Below are positions 36,804-45,679 of a DNA stretch of 64,000 nucleotides, piece after piece (the stretch's first letter is position 1; every line of letters starts with the position of its first letter). The position numbers were made by a program, and so were the translations under genes. The stretch is from the IMG/VR virus record IMGVR_UViG_3300012953_003264, positions 17,032-81,031 of that record; one strand, written 5' to 3'. Source of the DNA: a virus (Duplodnaviria; Caudoviricetes). The notes under the pieces are model-generated. The model was not told the DNA's origin, made no database searches, and worked only from the letters and a program-made list of their open reading frames with translations.

Positions 36804-37590
36804 TTGCTATTCTCCATAATAATCTATTGTTGTCCATAACTGGTGTTCTTCGGTGTAAACTAGTAAATTGGTCCATTAAAAGTAAATCACCTTTTTTAAA
36901 TATATGATGATACTGATACTCTGATTTAAATATTAATTTTTTTAACTTATCAATCATTTCTTCATGGTCAATTAGTGTTTTTCCTTGCCATGCTTTAATT
37001 ATAAAATGATAAGGAAAATAAAAGTAAAATTTATCTATATGTGGGTGTTTGCCAACTAAAGGCCTAATACTACCTTTATTCTTGCTCATAAATTCTAACT
37101 CGGGGTCACCTTCTTCTAAATCATATATTGTATTGTTTCTAAATTTTAATCTTATCTTTATAGACTTCCAGTATTCTTGTTCATCTTCGGATAATTCATA
37201 AAAAGGTTTACTAGTATTACATACGCTTAAAGTTGTATTGATATCTTCTTTTACACAATATAAACTAATTAAAATTTTATCTATTAAGTGTCTTGAATTA
37301 CCATTTGAATGCCAACCTAATTCTGTATCACCAAACATACCAATTTTTTTGCCGTCTTTATCTCTTTTACCTGTAACTAAAAATATTTCTGGATATTCTT
37401 TAGGATTCATAAAAAGCATAGGTGTTTCACATTCACCAAATTTCTTTAATGTATCAACATATTCTCTTTCATTAAAATCTTGATTATACATTACTGCCAC
37501 GCCTTCTCGGTGTATGACATCTACTAATTGTTTTAGTTTTTTATTATCTAAAGTTTTTAATTGTGTTGTTGTTTTAAATGGTTCTATCAT
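36772..37590 (-). CDS. TauD/TfdA-like dioxygenase with HSN motif
   Basis: EGVAV, FLVTGK, GMFGDTELGWHSN, LYCV, HPH, FKKGDLLLMDQFTSLHRR, RLLWR. Confidence 0.8.
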   Translation of the reverse strand: MIEPFKTTTQLKTLDNKKLKQLVDVIHREGVAVMYNQDFNEREYVDTLKKFGECETPMLFMNPKEYPEIFLVTGKRDKDGKKIGMFGDTELGWHSNGNSRHLIDKILISLYCVKEDINTTLSVCNTSKPFYELSEDEQEYWKSIKIRLKFRNNTIYDLEEGDPELEFMSKNKGSIRPLVGKHPHIDKFYFYFPYHFIIKAWQGKTLIDHEEMIDKLKKLIFKSEYQYHHIFKKGDLLLMDQFTSLHRRTPVMDNNRLLWRIASDFNKIHSVA

Positions 37591-38362
37591 ATTCTTCCTT
37601 TATCAATTCGCATAAACTAATTCTATTAATATCTCCTTTTTTGAATTTATCATAGTCTTTATTATTTGTAGTTGCCAACCATACACTATCTGAAGGTATT
37701 AAGTCCAACTCATCACATAATTTTTCTTGTATAGGTTTTAATTCAGTATTTACATCATAAACATTAACTTGTTTTATTATCTCTTCACCTAATGCCATTG
37801 AATGATAATTATAATACTTTGCTGAGTTTATTAGCCTTTCTAATTGTTCATCTGGTTCTCTTGACCAATAATAACCTATTCTATAATTTCTTAAACCAAA
37901 ACATTTACTCATAGAGAAAAATACTTTTTCAACATTTTTTGATGGTTTGCCATATCTAACTTTCTTTGAACAAGAACCTACATGTGCTATATCTAATACA
38001 ACAGGAACATCTTGAGGTATATCTGTAATATTACCTTCAGCTGATGAAGGATTGGACATGTATATTATATCACCAGAATCACTTTCTGGCAACCATACAT
38101 AATCATCTTTATGTCTAAAAACTTTCCTATCTTCTTGCATGTACCAATAATTGATACCCTCTGTTATACCATTTGCAGGATAAACATATTTGAAATCTGA
38201 TAGGTCAATTACAGGTTTTAACCACTCTGTAATATTAGAAGAGAATCTTTTGACCTCTGTATGATTGTCTATTTTGAAACTATCACATATTGCTTTTACT
38301 TTGGCAATAGGAAATGTTCTAATAGCTAATGATTGTTTAAGTATTTTTTCTTTTTGGTTCAT
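37574..38362 (-). CDS. Compact fold-type I PLP-dependent enzyme (class I/II aminotransferase-like)
   Basis: NGITEG, SNPSS, VVLDIAH, FSMSKCFGLRNYRIGY (Schiff-base Lys motif). Confidence 0.75.
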   Translation of the reverse strand: MNQKEKILKQSLAIRTFPIAKVKAICDSFKIDNHTEVKRFSSNITEWLKPVIDLSDFKYVYPANGITEGINYWYMQEDRKVFRHKDDYVWLPESDSGDIIYMSNPSSAEGNITDIPQDVPVVLDIAHVGSCSKKVRYGKPSKNVEKVFFSMSKCFGLRNYRIGYYWSREPDEQLERLINSAKYYNYHSMALGEEIIKQVNVYDVNTELKPIQEKLCDELDLIPSDSVWLATTNNKDYDKFKKGDINRISLCELIKEEYDRTI

Positions 38363-38993
38363 AATCTTTAAATAATTTCTCTGCTATCCAACCACCTGTA
38401 TCAAACTTATGTAATCTAATTCTTTTAAAATTTTCGTGATGATTTTTATGATAGCCCTCACCTGCAATAAACATATTCAACCAAGGTACATTAGCACCTC
38501 CTGGTGTATTATGTCCGACTGTATTTAATAGTCCAAAACCTATCTTCGCAAAGACAAATGGTACGGCACAAAAGGCCACCCAAAAATATGGACTAATTAA
38601 AAAACTTATTATGTTAACACTTACTAGTATATGTAACCAGTATTTGTGGCAAAAAACTAATCTAGGATTTTTATATAAATCTCTAGCATATTTCATAGGT
38701 ATATTTTTTATATCCCATGTAGTAAATAAAACTTTCCAAAAACCCACATGTTTAGCTGCATGAGGATCCTCTGGTCCGTCTGAATGTTTATGGTGCATAC
38801 GGTGACTCGCAATCCAACCTATTGGTGTTCTAATACATGCTATCATTAACATTGCTAAACCAATTGTTTCAAACCATGCTGGAACTTTAAATTGGTTATG
38901 GCAATAATGCCTATGTAATAGTATGCTAGCACCAAAATGTGATATAATTTGAGACCACACAATGCCTATTAATATTGATATTGTTAACATCAT
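38337..38993 (-). CDS. Membrane fatty-acid desaturase (delta-9 acyl-lipid/acyl-CoA type)
   Basis: Three His boxes: LHRHYCH, SHRMHH, GEGYHKNHH; TM segments. Confidence 0.85.
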   Translation of the reverse strand: MMLTISILIGIVWSQIISHFGASILLHRHYCHNQFKVPAWFETIGLAMLMIACIRTPIGWIASHRMHHKHSDGPEDPHAAKHVGFWKVLFTTWDIKNIPMKYARDLYKNPRLVFCHKYWLHILVSVNIISFLISPYFWVAFCAVPFVFAKIGFGLLNTVGHNTPGGANVPWLNMFIAGEGYHKNHHENFKRIRLHKFDTGGWIAEKLFKDYEPKRKNT

Positions 38994-39001
38994 ACTCCTA
39001 T

Positions 39002-39571
39002 TTATCTCACTCCTATAACCATGAATCTTTTATATTTTGGCAATTCTAACTCACCTTTATACAAAACTTTTTGAAATTTTAAGGTATCGGCAAACTCTTC
39101 TAAAGTGTTAAAACAATTTACATGGTCTTTTATTTCAAAGTAATTATTTGATTGTAGTATAACCATGGTACCTTTTTCTATGTTATTAAATATATTATCA
39201 AAATCTGATTGAGTTAAGTGTTCACATGAGGTACAAGCAATAACATCATATTTTTTAGTGTCATAATTTATTATATTATTTGTTTCAAAATTAACTTTTT
39301 TATACAATAATTCACCGACCATTTTACAATTTTCATCCATATCAATAGAAGTTACATCACCAAAATGTAACAATCTGTCTGCAAGATTGCCATACCAACC
39401 GGCAAGAACAATTATTTTAGGGTTTACTAGTAAATTAAGATACTGGTTACAATTTTCAATTAACCATTGTTTACATTTTTCTTGATTTTCATTAACTGAA
39501 TGAACAATAGTTTTGGCCAAGTTATCTTTGGTAACTCGTTCTATAACATTTAATACTCTTCTCAAACTCAT
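39002..39571 (-). CDS. Class I SAM-dependent methyltransferase
   Basis: IVLAGWYG, SIDMD, DVIACTSCEH, ILQSNNY. Confidence 0.65.
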   Translation of the reverse strand: MSLRRVLNVIERVTKDNLAKTIVHSVNENQEKCKQWLIENCNQYLNLLVNPKIIVLAGWYGNLADRLLHFGDVTSIDMDENCKMVGELLYKKVNFETNNIINYDTKKYDVIACTSCEHLTQSDFDNIFNNIEKGTMVILQSNNYFEIKDHVNCFNTLEEFADTLKFQKVLYKGELELPKYKRFMVIGVR

Positions 39572-39578
39572 ATAAATA
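39571..39578 (+). promoter_or_regulatory. T4-type late promoter TATAAATA driving the glycosyltransferase/radical SAM arm
   Basis: Exact octamer 32 nt upstream of ATG 39611. Confidence 0.65.
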
Positions 39579-39598
39579 TAACCATTATTAGTTATGGA

Positions 39599-39606
39599 TA
39601 TTTATA
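39599..39606 (-). promoter_or_regulatory. T4-type late promoter TATAAATA driving the methyltransferase/desaturase/TauD arm
   Basis: tatttata 27 nt upstream of minus-strand ATG 39571. Confidence 0.65.
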
Positions 39607-39610
39607 CAAG

Positions 39611-40480
39611 ATGAAAAGAGTTGTTTATAGTATTTACATTGATGTGCCTGAAAAAGAACATTATGCCACGAACTTTGATTTTGAGATAAATCAAAACAAC
39701 AAAAGAGCCGAACTTACTAGGCAAAGTTTCAAGACACATTACGATAGACTTATACAAGTTAAAAAAGAATACGCTGAAAAGATAGGCGCTGATTTTTTAA
39801 TGTATGAGTATGATTCAAAATATAAAGATTTTTTAAAAGAAATGAATTATAAGGAGTTGACAGGATATGAAATTGTTAACTTTTATAAGATATATCTTTT
39901 AGATAAACTTGCTGAAGAATATGATGAGATATTATATTTAGATTTTGACGCAATACCAGTAACTAATGAAAACTTTTTTGAACATTGGAACTTATCAAAA
40001 GGTATTGTAGTTTTAAATAATGATGACCAAATTAGAAGACATAAAGCAATACAACATTTAAGGCAAAGTACAAGAAGTCCTACGGCAAAATATTATAACG
40101 CTCAGGCAATGTTGTTAGAAAATGGCAAAAGTCCTAAAAACAATGTTATCAATACAGGTATTATAGGCATATCAAAAGAACATGTAAAACAATTAAACTA
40201 TTTTGGTAATTTTAAAGAAACAATTGATTTAATGACCTATCTAATTAATGAAAAAGATAGTATGTATCCTGATAATATAAAAGATATGTTTAGATATGAT
40301 AACGAAACAATATTTTCTTACAAAATAAAAATGAATGATTTACCTGTGCAATGGTTTGATGACGAATGGCACTATTTTTATTCTCAACAACTTTACATAC
40401 CTAGAGAAACAAAAATTGTACATTGTGTTTGCAAAGACTTTGATACAGTATGGAAATTTTATGACAAAATTAATTTTTAG
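39611..40480 (+). CDS. GT-A fold glycosyltransferase-like protein
   Basis: FYKIYL, ILYLDFD (DxD), INTGIIG, DNETIFSY, IVHCV. Confidence 0.65.
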   Translation: MKRVVYSIYIDVPEKEHYATNFDFEINQNNKRAELTRQSFKTHYDRLIQVKKEYAEKIGADFLMYEYDSKYKDFLKEMNYKELTGYEIVNFYKIYLLDKLAEEYDEILYLDFDAIPVTNENFFEHWNLSKGIVVLNNDDQIRRHKAIQHLRQSTRSPTAKYYNAQAMLLENGKSPKNNVINTGIIGISKEHVKQLNYFGNFKETIDLMTYLINEKDSMYPDNIKDMFRYDNETIFSYKIKMNDLPVQWFDDEWHYFYSQQLYIPRETKIVHCVCKDFDTVWKFYDKINF

Positions 40481-41381
40481 TATATACTTTAAGAAAATAT
40501 CTGGCAATGAAAAACATACAGATAGATTTAAAAAGTTAGAATTACATTATAAAAAACTGGTAGAATATAAAAAAAATTACGCCAAAAAGATAGGTGCTGA
40601 TTTTAGAATATATACAAATGATGATTTATATATTAATTTTGATGATAAACAAAGCTTTCATATTGACACTTCATGGTCTGATTTTAAAGAAAAATATAAA
40701 GACTATGAGTTTGATGTACTAAATTTATTTAAGTTACATCTATTAGAAAAGGTCGCTAAAGAATACGACAATGTTTTATATTTAGATATGGATGTGGTGC
40801 CTAATACAAAAACAAGTTTTTTTGATGAGTTTGATATGAATAAATTGTGTGTTAGGTCTATAAATGCAACGACAGATGTATTACCTATGAAGTTTCAAAA
40901 ACATATTAAATCTGGTAAAAAAAGTTATATAAAAATTATAAGACTATTAGACAAATATAATGAACATGTAAAAGCTCTATGTAAAAAAGCAATGTTGATT
41001 AACCAAAATATAGCATGTAAAGATTACGAATTAGTAAATACTGGTATAGTTGGTGGTAATAGAAAAGCAATAGAACAATTAAAATTTACAGATAATTTAG
41101 AACACATGTTACAAGTTTTAAAAGACACTAAAGAAGAACTGTTTTATGATAAAGATATTACAGATTATTTCTTTCCTAATAATGAGGTCTTTTTTCATTA
41201 TCTGTTAGATAAAAACAAATTAGATTGGTTTAATTTGCCAGAAAAATGGCATAAAATCAATTATGGTTTAGAAGACTCTGAAATTACAGATGAATATAAA
41301 GAATGTAAAATGATTCATGTTATTAGTAAGAAGTTTGATAAACTATGGAAAATATTAGAAAATAATGTGGAAAAACAATAA
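40461..41381 (+). CDS. GT-A fold glycosyltransferase-like protein (paralog; start revised to 40461)
   Basis: MTKLIFSIYF mirrors MKRVVYSIYI; LFKLHL, VLYLDMD, VNTGIVG, NNEVFF, MIHVI. Confidence 0.65.
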   Translation: MTKLIFSIYFKKISGNEKHTDRFKKLELHYKKLVEYKKNYAKKIGADFRIYTNDDLYINFDDKQSFHIDTSWSDFKEKYKDYEFDVLNLFKLHLLEKVAKEYDNVLYLDMDVVPNTKTSFFDEFDMNKLCVRSINATTDVLPMKFQKHIKSGKKSYIKIIRLLDKYNEHVKALCKKAMLINQNIACKDYELVNTGIVGGNRKAIEQLKFTDNLEHMLQVLKDTKEELFYDKDITDYFFPNNEVFFHYLLDKNKLDWFNLPEKWHKINYGLEDSEITDEYKECKMIHVISKKFDKLWKILENNVEKQ

Positions 41382-42483
41382 TCTCAAAGTCATGTTTGAC
41401 ATATCAACCAGATGTAATGCTGGTTGCCCCCAATGTCATAGAACCGATACAAACAATGTATCAAAAAAAGTATCTTGGTTACCAGATGTAGTTTGGTCTT
41501 TTGAAAATTTTAAAAAGGCAGTACCACCAAAAATGGCTAAAGATATGAAGACAGCTGACTTTTGTGGAACCTGGGGCGACCCTATTACTAATAATGATTT
41601 AATAGATATAGTTAAATATCTAGTTACAGAAAATCCTAGAATTAATATAGATTTAAACACCAATGGCTCTTTAAGAAATGAAGATTGGTGGTGGAGATTA
41701 GGTGTGGCAGGTGGTAGAAATCTATGTGTTACTTTTGCTGTTGAAGGCATAAATCAAGAAATGCATGAACACTATAGACAAAACACTTATTTAAATAAAA
41801 TTCTTGAAAATATGAGAGTTGTATCTAATACTTTAGCATTTGTAAAAACACAATGTCTAGTTTGGAAACACAATGAAAATCATTTACAAGAGATAGAAGA
41901 CATGTGTATAAAAAACGGTTCTAAATCTCATGTGTTAATGGTGACAGATAGATTTGGTGATGAAGGTACATCCGAGTTAAAATTCGTTCATAAAGGTAAA
42001 GAGAAAGTATTAGAACAAACAAATTGGAAAGTAGAAAATACTAATGATAATATAGTACAAACAAGTAGAAGAAGGTATCGTAGAAGAGAAAAAGAATTAC
42101 CTGGTAAATCTGTAGAGATGGTTAGAAAATTAAGAAAACAACAAAGTAAAATGGATATTACTTGCGAATGGGGTAATAATAATAAAGTAGTTGTTAATCC
42201 TGATGGCCAAGTTTGGCCTTGTTGTTTTTTCTGTAACCCTACCTATAAATCACAATTTGTTGAAGGATATGACGCTAAGTTTAAGAACAATCCTGTTATG
42301 ATGGAATATGAAAAAAATAAATCCGATTTAAATGTATTTAAAAATAGTTTAGATAAAATTATAAATGACAAATGGTACAAAACTACACTACCGAATAGTT
42401 GGCAATCTGATAAACCTGTAAGTCAATGTATTAGATATTGTGGTAAAAAAAGTAAAATGAAAGAAATGCTGGATAAAATTTAA
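41365..42483 (+). CDS. Radical SAM enzyme with C-terminal SPASM/twitch domain
   Basis: CNAGCPQC (CxxxCxxC), CGTWGDP, NTNG, C...NPDGQVWPCC, CIRYC. Confidence 0.88.
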   Translation: MWKNNNLKVMFDISTRCNAGCPQCHRTDTNNVSKKVSWLPDVVWSFENFKKAVPPKMAKDMKTADFCGTWGDPITNNDLIDIVKYLVTENPRINIDLNTNGSLRNEDWWWRLGVAGGRNLCVTFAVEGINQEMHEHYRQNTYLNKILENMRVVSNTLAFVKTQCLVWKHNENHLQEIEDMCIKNGSKSHVLMVTDRFGDEGTSELKFVHKGKEKVLEQTNWKVENTNDNIVQTSRRRYRRREKELPGKSVEMVRKLRKQQSKMDITCEWGNNNKVVVNPDGQVWPCCFFCNPTYKSQFVEGYDAKFKNNPVMMEYEKNKSDLNVFKNSLDKIINDKWYKTTLPNSWQSDKPVSQCIRYCGKKSKMKEMLDKI

Positions 42484-43616
42484 TGGGCTTTTTAAAAAGA
42501 AATAAAAGTTATTGTGTAATGCCTTTTAGTGAGATATATGCTGATAGTGCCGGCAGATATAAACTATGTTGTCATGCTGGTAAAATGGATGAACTAAAAA
42601 AATATAACACATCTACACACAACCCATTTGACTTTTTCTTATCTAAAGAAATGGATGAAGTAAGAAATAAAATGTTGAGTGGTATAAAAATACCCGAATG
42701 TCAAATTTGTTATGACCAAGAAAAACATGGTAAATCATTTAGAACTGGAAAATATAATGACAGATACAATATCGTAACAGAGCCTATTGAAATAGGTCTA
42801 AAGCTTAGAGTAAATGGTTCATTTTGCAATTTATCTTGTTACATGTGCCACCCTTATAACTCATCTACTAAACGAAATGAAATGAAAGAAACTTTTGGTA
42901 CACAATTGGTTAAAGGTTTTTATAATGATAGTAACCAATATAAAGCTGTGAAACATGACCGTTGGAATAGTATTATTGATGACATTTTAAAACACATACA
43001 TTTAATTAAACATATTCATTTAACAGGAGGTGAACCTTTACAATTACCTAAACATTGGGAAATGATTGATAAAATACCAAAAGAACATGCAAAAAATATT
43101 GGTTTAGCTTATGACACAAATCTTACTGAATTAAGATATAAAAATCATTCAGTTTATGATGTTATAGATAAATTTAAAAGAGTATATTACGGTATATCCT
43201 GTGACCATTATCAAGAAAAATTATCATGGATAAGATACCCTATTGATGTAAAAAAATTTGAAAGTAATTTAAAAGAGATGGCAGCTCACACGGATAGGCG
43301 TATCAATGTTACAATATCAATGTTAAATGTGGATGATTTATTAGATATTAAAAAATATTATAAAAATAATTTTAATGTAGATACAAACTTTAATAATATA
43401 TGTATAGCTCCTTTTCCATTATCTGTACGAAATCATAAAAATAAAAAAGAACTTATAGAAAAATACAAAGATTTACCTGAATTTAGTAAAGTTGTTACAG
43501 AATTACAAAAATATGTTACTGATAAAGATAATATAAAAATGATAGATTACCTAGACGCATTATCTAAAAAAAGAAACTTTGACTGGAGAAATTTATGGAA
43601 AAATGGCGTGGTATAA
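42483..43616 (+). CDS. Radical SAM enzyme with N-terminal twitch domain
   Basis: N-terminal YCVMPF...YKLCC, CQIC; CNLSCYMC; LTGGEP; TNLT. Confidence 0.88.
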   Translation: MGFLKRNKSYCVMPFSEIYADSAGRYKLCCHAGKMDELKKYNTSTHNPFDFFLSKEMDEVRNKMLSGIKIPECQICYDQEKHGKSFRTGKYNDRYNIVTEPIEIGLKLRVNGSFCNLSCYMCHPYNSSTKRNEMKETFGTQLVKGFYNDSNQYKAVKHDRWNSIIDDILKHIHLIKHIHLTGGEPLQLPKHWEMIDKIPKEHAKNIGLAYDTNLTELRYKNHSVYDVIDKFKRVYYGISCDHYQEKLSWIRYPIDVKKFESNLKEMAAHTDRRINVTISMLNVDDLLDIKKYYKNNFNVDTNFNNICIAPFPLSVRNHKNKKELIEKYKDLPEFSKVVTELQKYVTDKDNIKMIDYLDALSKKRNFDWRNLWKNGVV

Positions 43617-44539
43617 ACATAGACGCCAGCGCTAAGTGTACACTTGAATGTCCTAAATGTTTAAGACAAACATTAAGAAAAGATGGTGTAAAAATACCAG
43701 GTGAAGATATGTCTATTACAACTTATAAAAAGTTGTTAAAATATTATGATGGTGGAATAGTATTTTGTGGTCAATTATCTGACCCTATATTTAATGATAA
43801 TTTAATTGAAATGTTAAAGTTATCAAAAGATAGACCATGGGTACATATTAATACAGCTGCTACATCTAAAAAAAGAAAAAAAGACTGGTACGAAAAAGCA
43901 TTTAAAGCCAATCTAAAAGCTCAATGGACTTTTGGTATTGATGGTCTACCACATCAAAGTTATATTTACAGAATAGGTCAAGACGGTGAATTTTTATTTG
44001 ATATGATGAAGTTTGGTAAAGAGTGTGGTGTTAAAGTATTATGGCAATATATAATATTTAAATATAATGAAAAATATATAGATAAAGCTAAACAACTTGC
44101 AAAAGAACACAATATACCTTTTGAATTAAATTATTCTGGTAGGTGGAATGATGAAAGCGATTATGACCCATATAAACCTTCATTAGAAAATAGAATTGTA
44201 AGTAAACATAATAGAGGGCATTTAAAAAGAAAATTTACTCCAAAATGTATTAAAGACAACATACCTGTGGCAATATCAGCCACACAATCTTTATTACCTT
44301 GTTGTTGGATTGATAAGAGAGAAGGTTGGGCAGACCCTATACTTAAAAAGTTTTTTAACGATAAACTAAATTTAAAAAATGTAGATAGTGTTGATGATAT
44401 AATAAAAACTGGAACATGGCAAGAGTTTTTTTCATTGCTTATAAATAATCCAGAGTTGGCACCAGACCTTTGTAAACATCATTGTACATCAAAGGTTAAT
44501 GAAAACCCTAATAGAATGAGAATAGTACAAAATGATTAA
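43595..44539 (+). CDS. Radical SAM enzyme with C-terminal twitch domain
   Basis: CTLECPKC, CGQLSDP, FGIDG, WQYIIFKYNE, LLPCCW, CKHHC. Confidence 0.88.
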   Translation: MEKWRGINIDASAKCTLECPKCLRQTLRKDGVKIPGEDMSITTYKKLLKYYDGGIVFCGQLSDPIFNDNLIEMLKLSKDRPWVHINTAATSKKRKKDWYEKAFKANLKAQWTFGIDGLPHQSYIYRIGQDGEFLFDMMKFGKECGVKVLWQYIIFKYNEKYIDKAKQLAKEHNIPFELNYSGRWNDESDYDPYKPSLENRIVSKHNRGHLKRKFTPKCIKDNIPVAISATQSLLPCCWIDKREGWADPILKKFFNDKLNLKNVDSVDDIIKTGTWQEFFSLLINNPELAPDLCKHHCTSKVNENPNRMRIVQND

Positions 44540-45284
44540 AATATTTACGGTGTACTTTGACGGAAAATATACACCAGATTATGTTGAAAAACTTTGGAAT
44601 GGTTTAAAAAGAAATTGTACACTACCATTTGAGTTTATTTGTTATAGTGATAATCCTAATGTAAAGGCTGATAGAGTTATTCCTTTACCTAATCCAAAAC
44701 ATACACCAATTAAAAAACATTGGCACAAAATGAGTGTCTTTTCGCCTTTGTTTGGCTATCAAAATCCAGATGATGAGATTATAATAATGGATATTGACCA
44801 GATAATATTAGGTAACATTGACCATATTATTGGAAGACCAGTAGGAAATAATCAAATAATATCTTATAAGAAATGGTGGGGATTTGATAACTTACCTTTA
44901 AATGGTGGATTTTATAAATTTAAATCTGGTGGTGCATGTAAACAAATATGGCAGGAGTTTTTAAAATGTCCTGAAGATTGGCAGTTACATTACTTTAAAA
45001 AAATGACCGTTCATTACAAATATTTTGGAGAACAAAACTTTGTTCATAGATGTGTAGAAAAATTTAATATTGATTTAATTACACTACCTGGCAATCAGAT
45101 TTGTAAAATAACAAATGATAAAAAACAAAATATGGAAGTATCTTTAGAATATATGAAAAGATATAATGCTGATTATATGATTTTAGATAAACCTCATCCT
45201 GATATTAAGATTATACACTTTGCAAATCCACACACAACCATACACGAGTCTGAATATGAATGGATTAAGGATTATTGGAAATGA
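44532..45284 (+). CDS. GT-A (GT8-like) glycosyltransferase
   Basis: YVEKLWNGLKRN, WHKM, MDID (DxD), LNGG, GEQNF, IIHF. Confidence 0.7.
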   Translation: MIKIFTVYFDGKYTPDYVEKLWNGLKRNCTLPFEFICYSDNPNVKADRVIPLPNPKHTPIKKHWHKMSVFSPLFGYQNPDDEIIIMDIDQIILGNIDHIIGRPVGNNQIISYKKWWGFDNLPLNGGFYKFKSGGACKQIWQEFLKCPEDWQLHYFKKMTVHYKYFGEQNFVHRCVEKFNIDLITLPGNQICKITNDKKQNMEVSLEYMKRYNADYMILDKPHPDIKIIHFANPHTTIHESEYEWIKDYWK

Positions 45285-45679
45285 TTGTAAATAAAAGTTT
45301 TATGATGATAAAAACTATCTCTTATGCCTTGAATGATATAAAATATAAAGTAGATTGTTTAGAACAATTAAAACAATACAAATTTAATAGAATTCTTTTA
45401 CCTAATTTTAGTTATGGTGTTTTTGAAAATGTATTAACTATTCATATGGAATATATAAAAGGTCAACAAATTACTTCAAATAAAAAAAAGAGTTATACAG
45501 ATATAGTATATGAAGATTTGGTATGTTCAACAAATCCTATATCAGCAAAGGGTTATGCTTTAGAAAATTTTATTATAACAGGAGATAAAATATATTATAT
45601 TGATTTAGAAGATATGGCATTTTGTAGTATAGAAGACCGAAAGATAAAGTTTAAAAAAGATTGGATAGATGAAAAATGA
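45281..45679 (+). CDS. Degenerate kinase-like protein (start revised to ATG 45281)
   Basis: MEYIKG hinge, LENFI, YYIDLED; ATGA overlaps on both sides. Confidence 0.4.
   Translation: MIVNKSFMMIKTISYALNDIKYKVDCLEQLKQYKFNRILLPNFSYGVFENVLTIHMEYIKGQQITSNKKKSYTDIVYEDLVCSTNPISAKGYALENFIITGDKIYYIDLEDMAFCSIEDRKIKFKKDWIDEK

Noticed and set aside
40335-40460. 42-aa N-terminal extension of the second glycosyltransferase
   Set aside because: Overlaps the upstream gene by 146 nt; paralog alignment supports the start at 40461
41365-44539. RiPP biosynthesis by the radical SAM trio
   Set aside because: No short precursor ORF, RRE/PqqD domain, peptidase or exporter is visible; genes overlap with no room for a precursor
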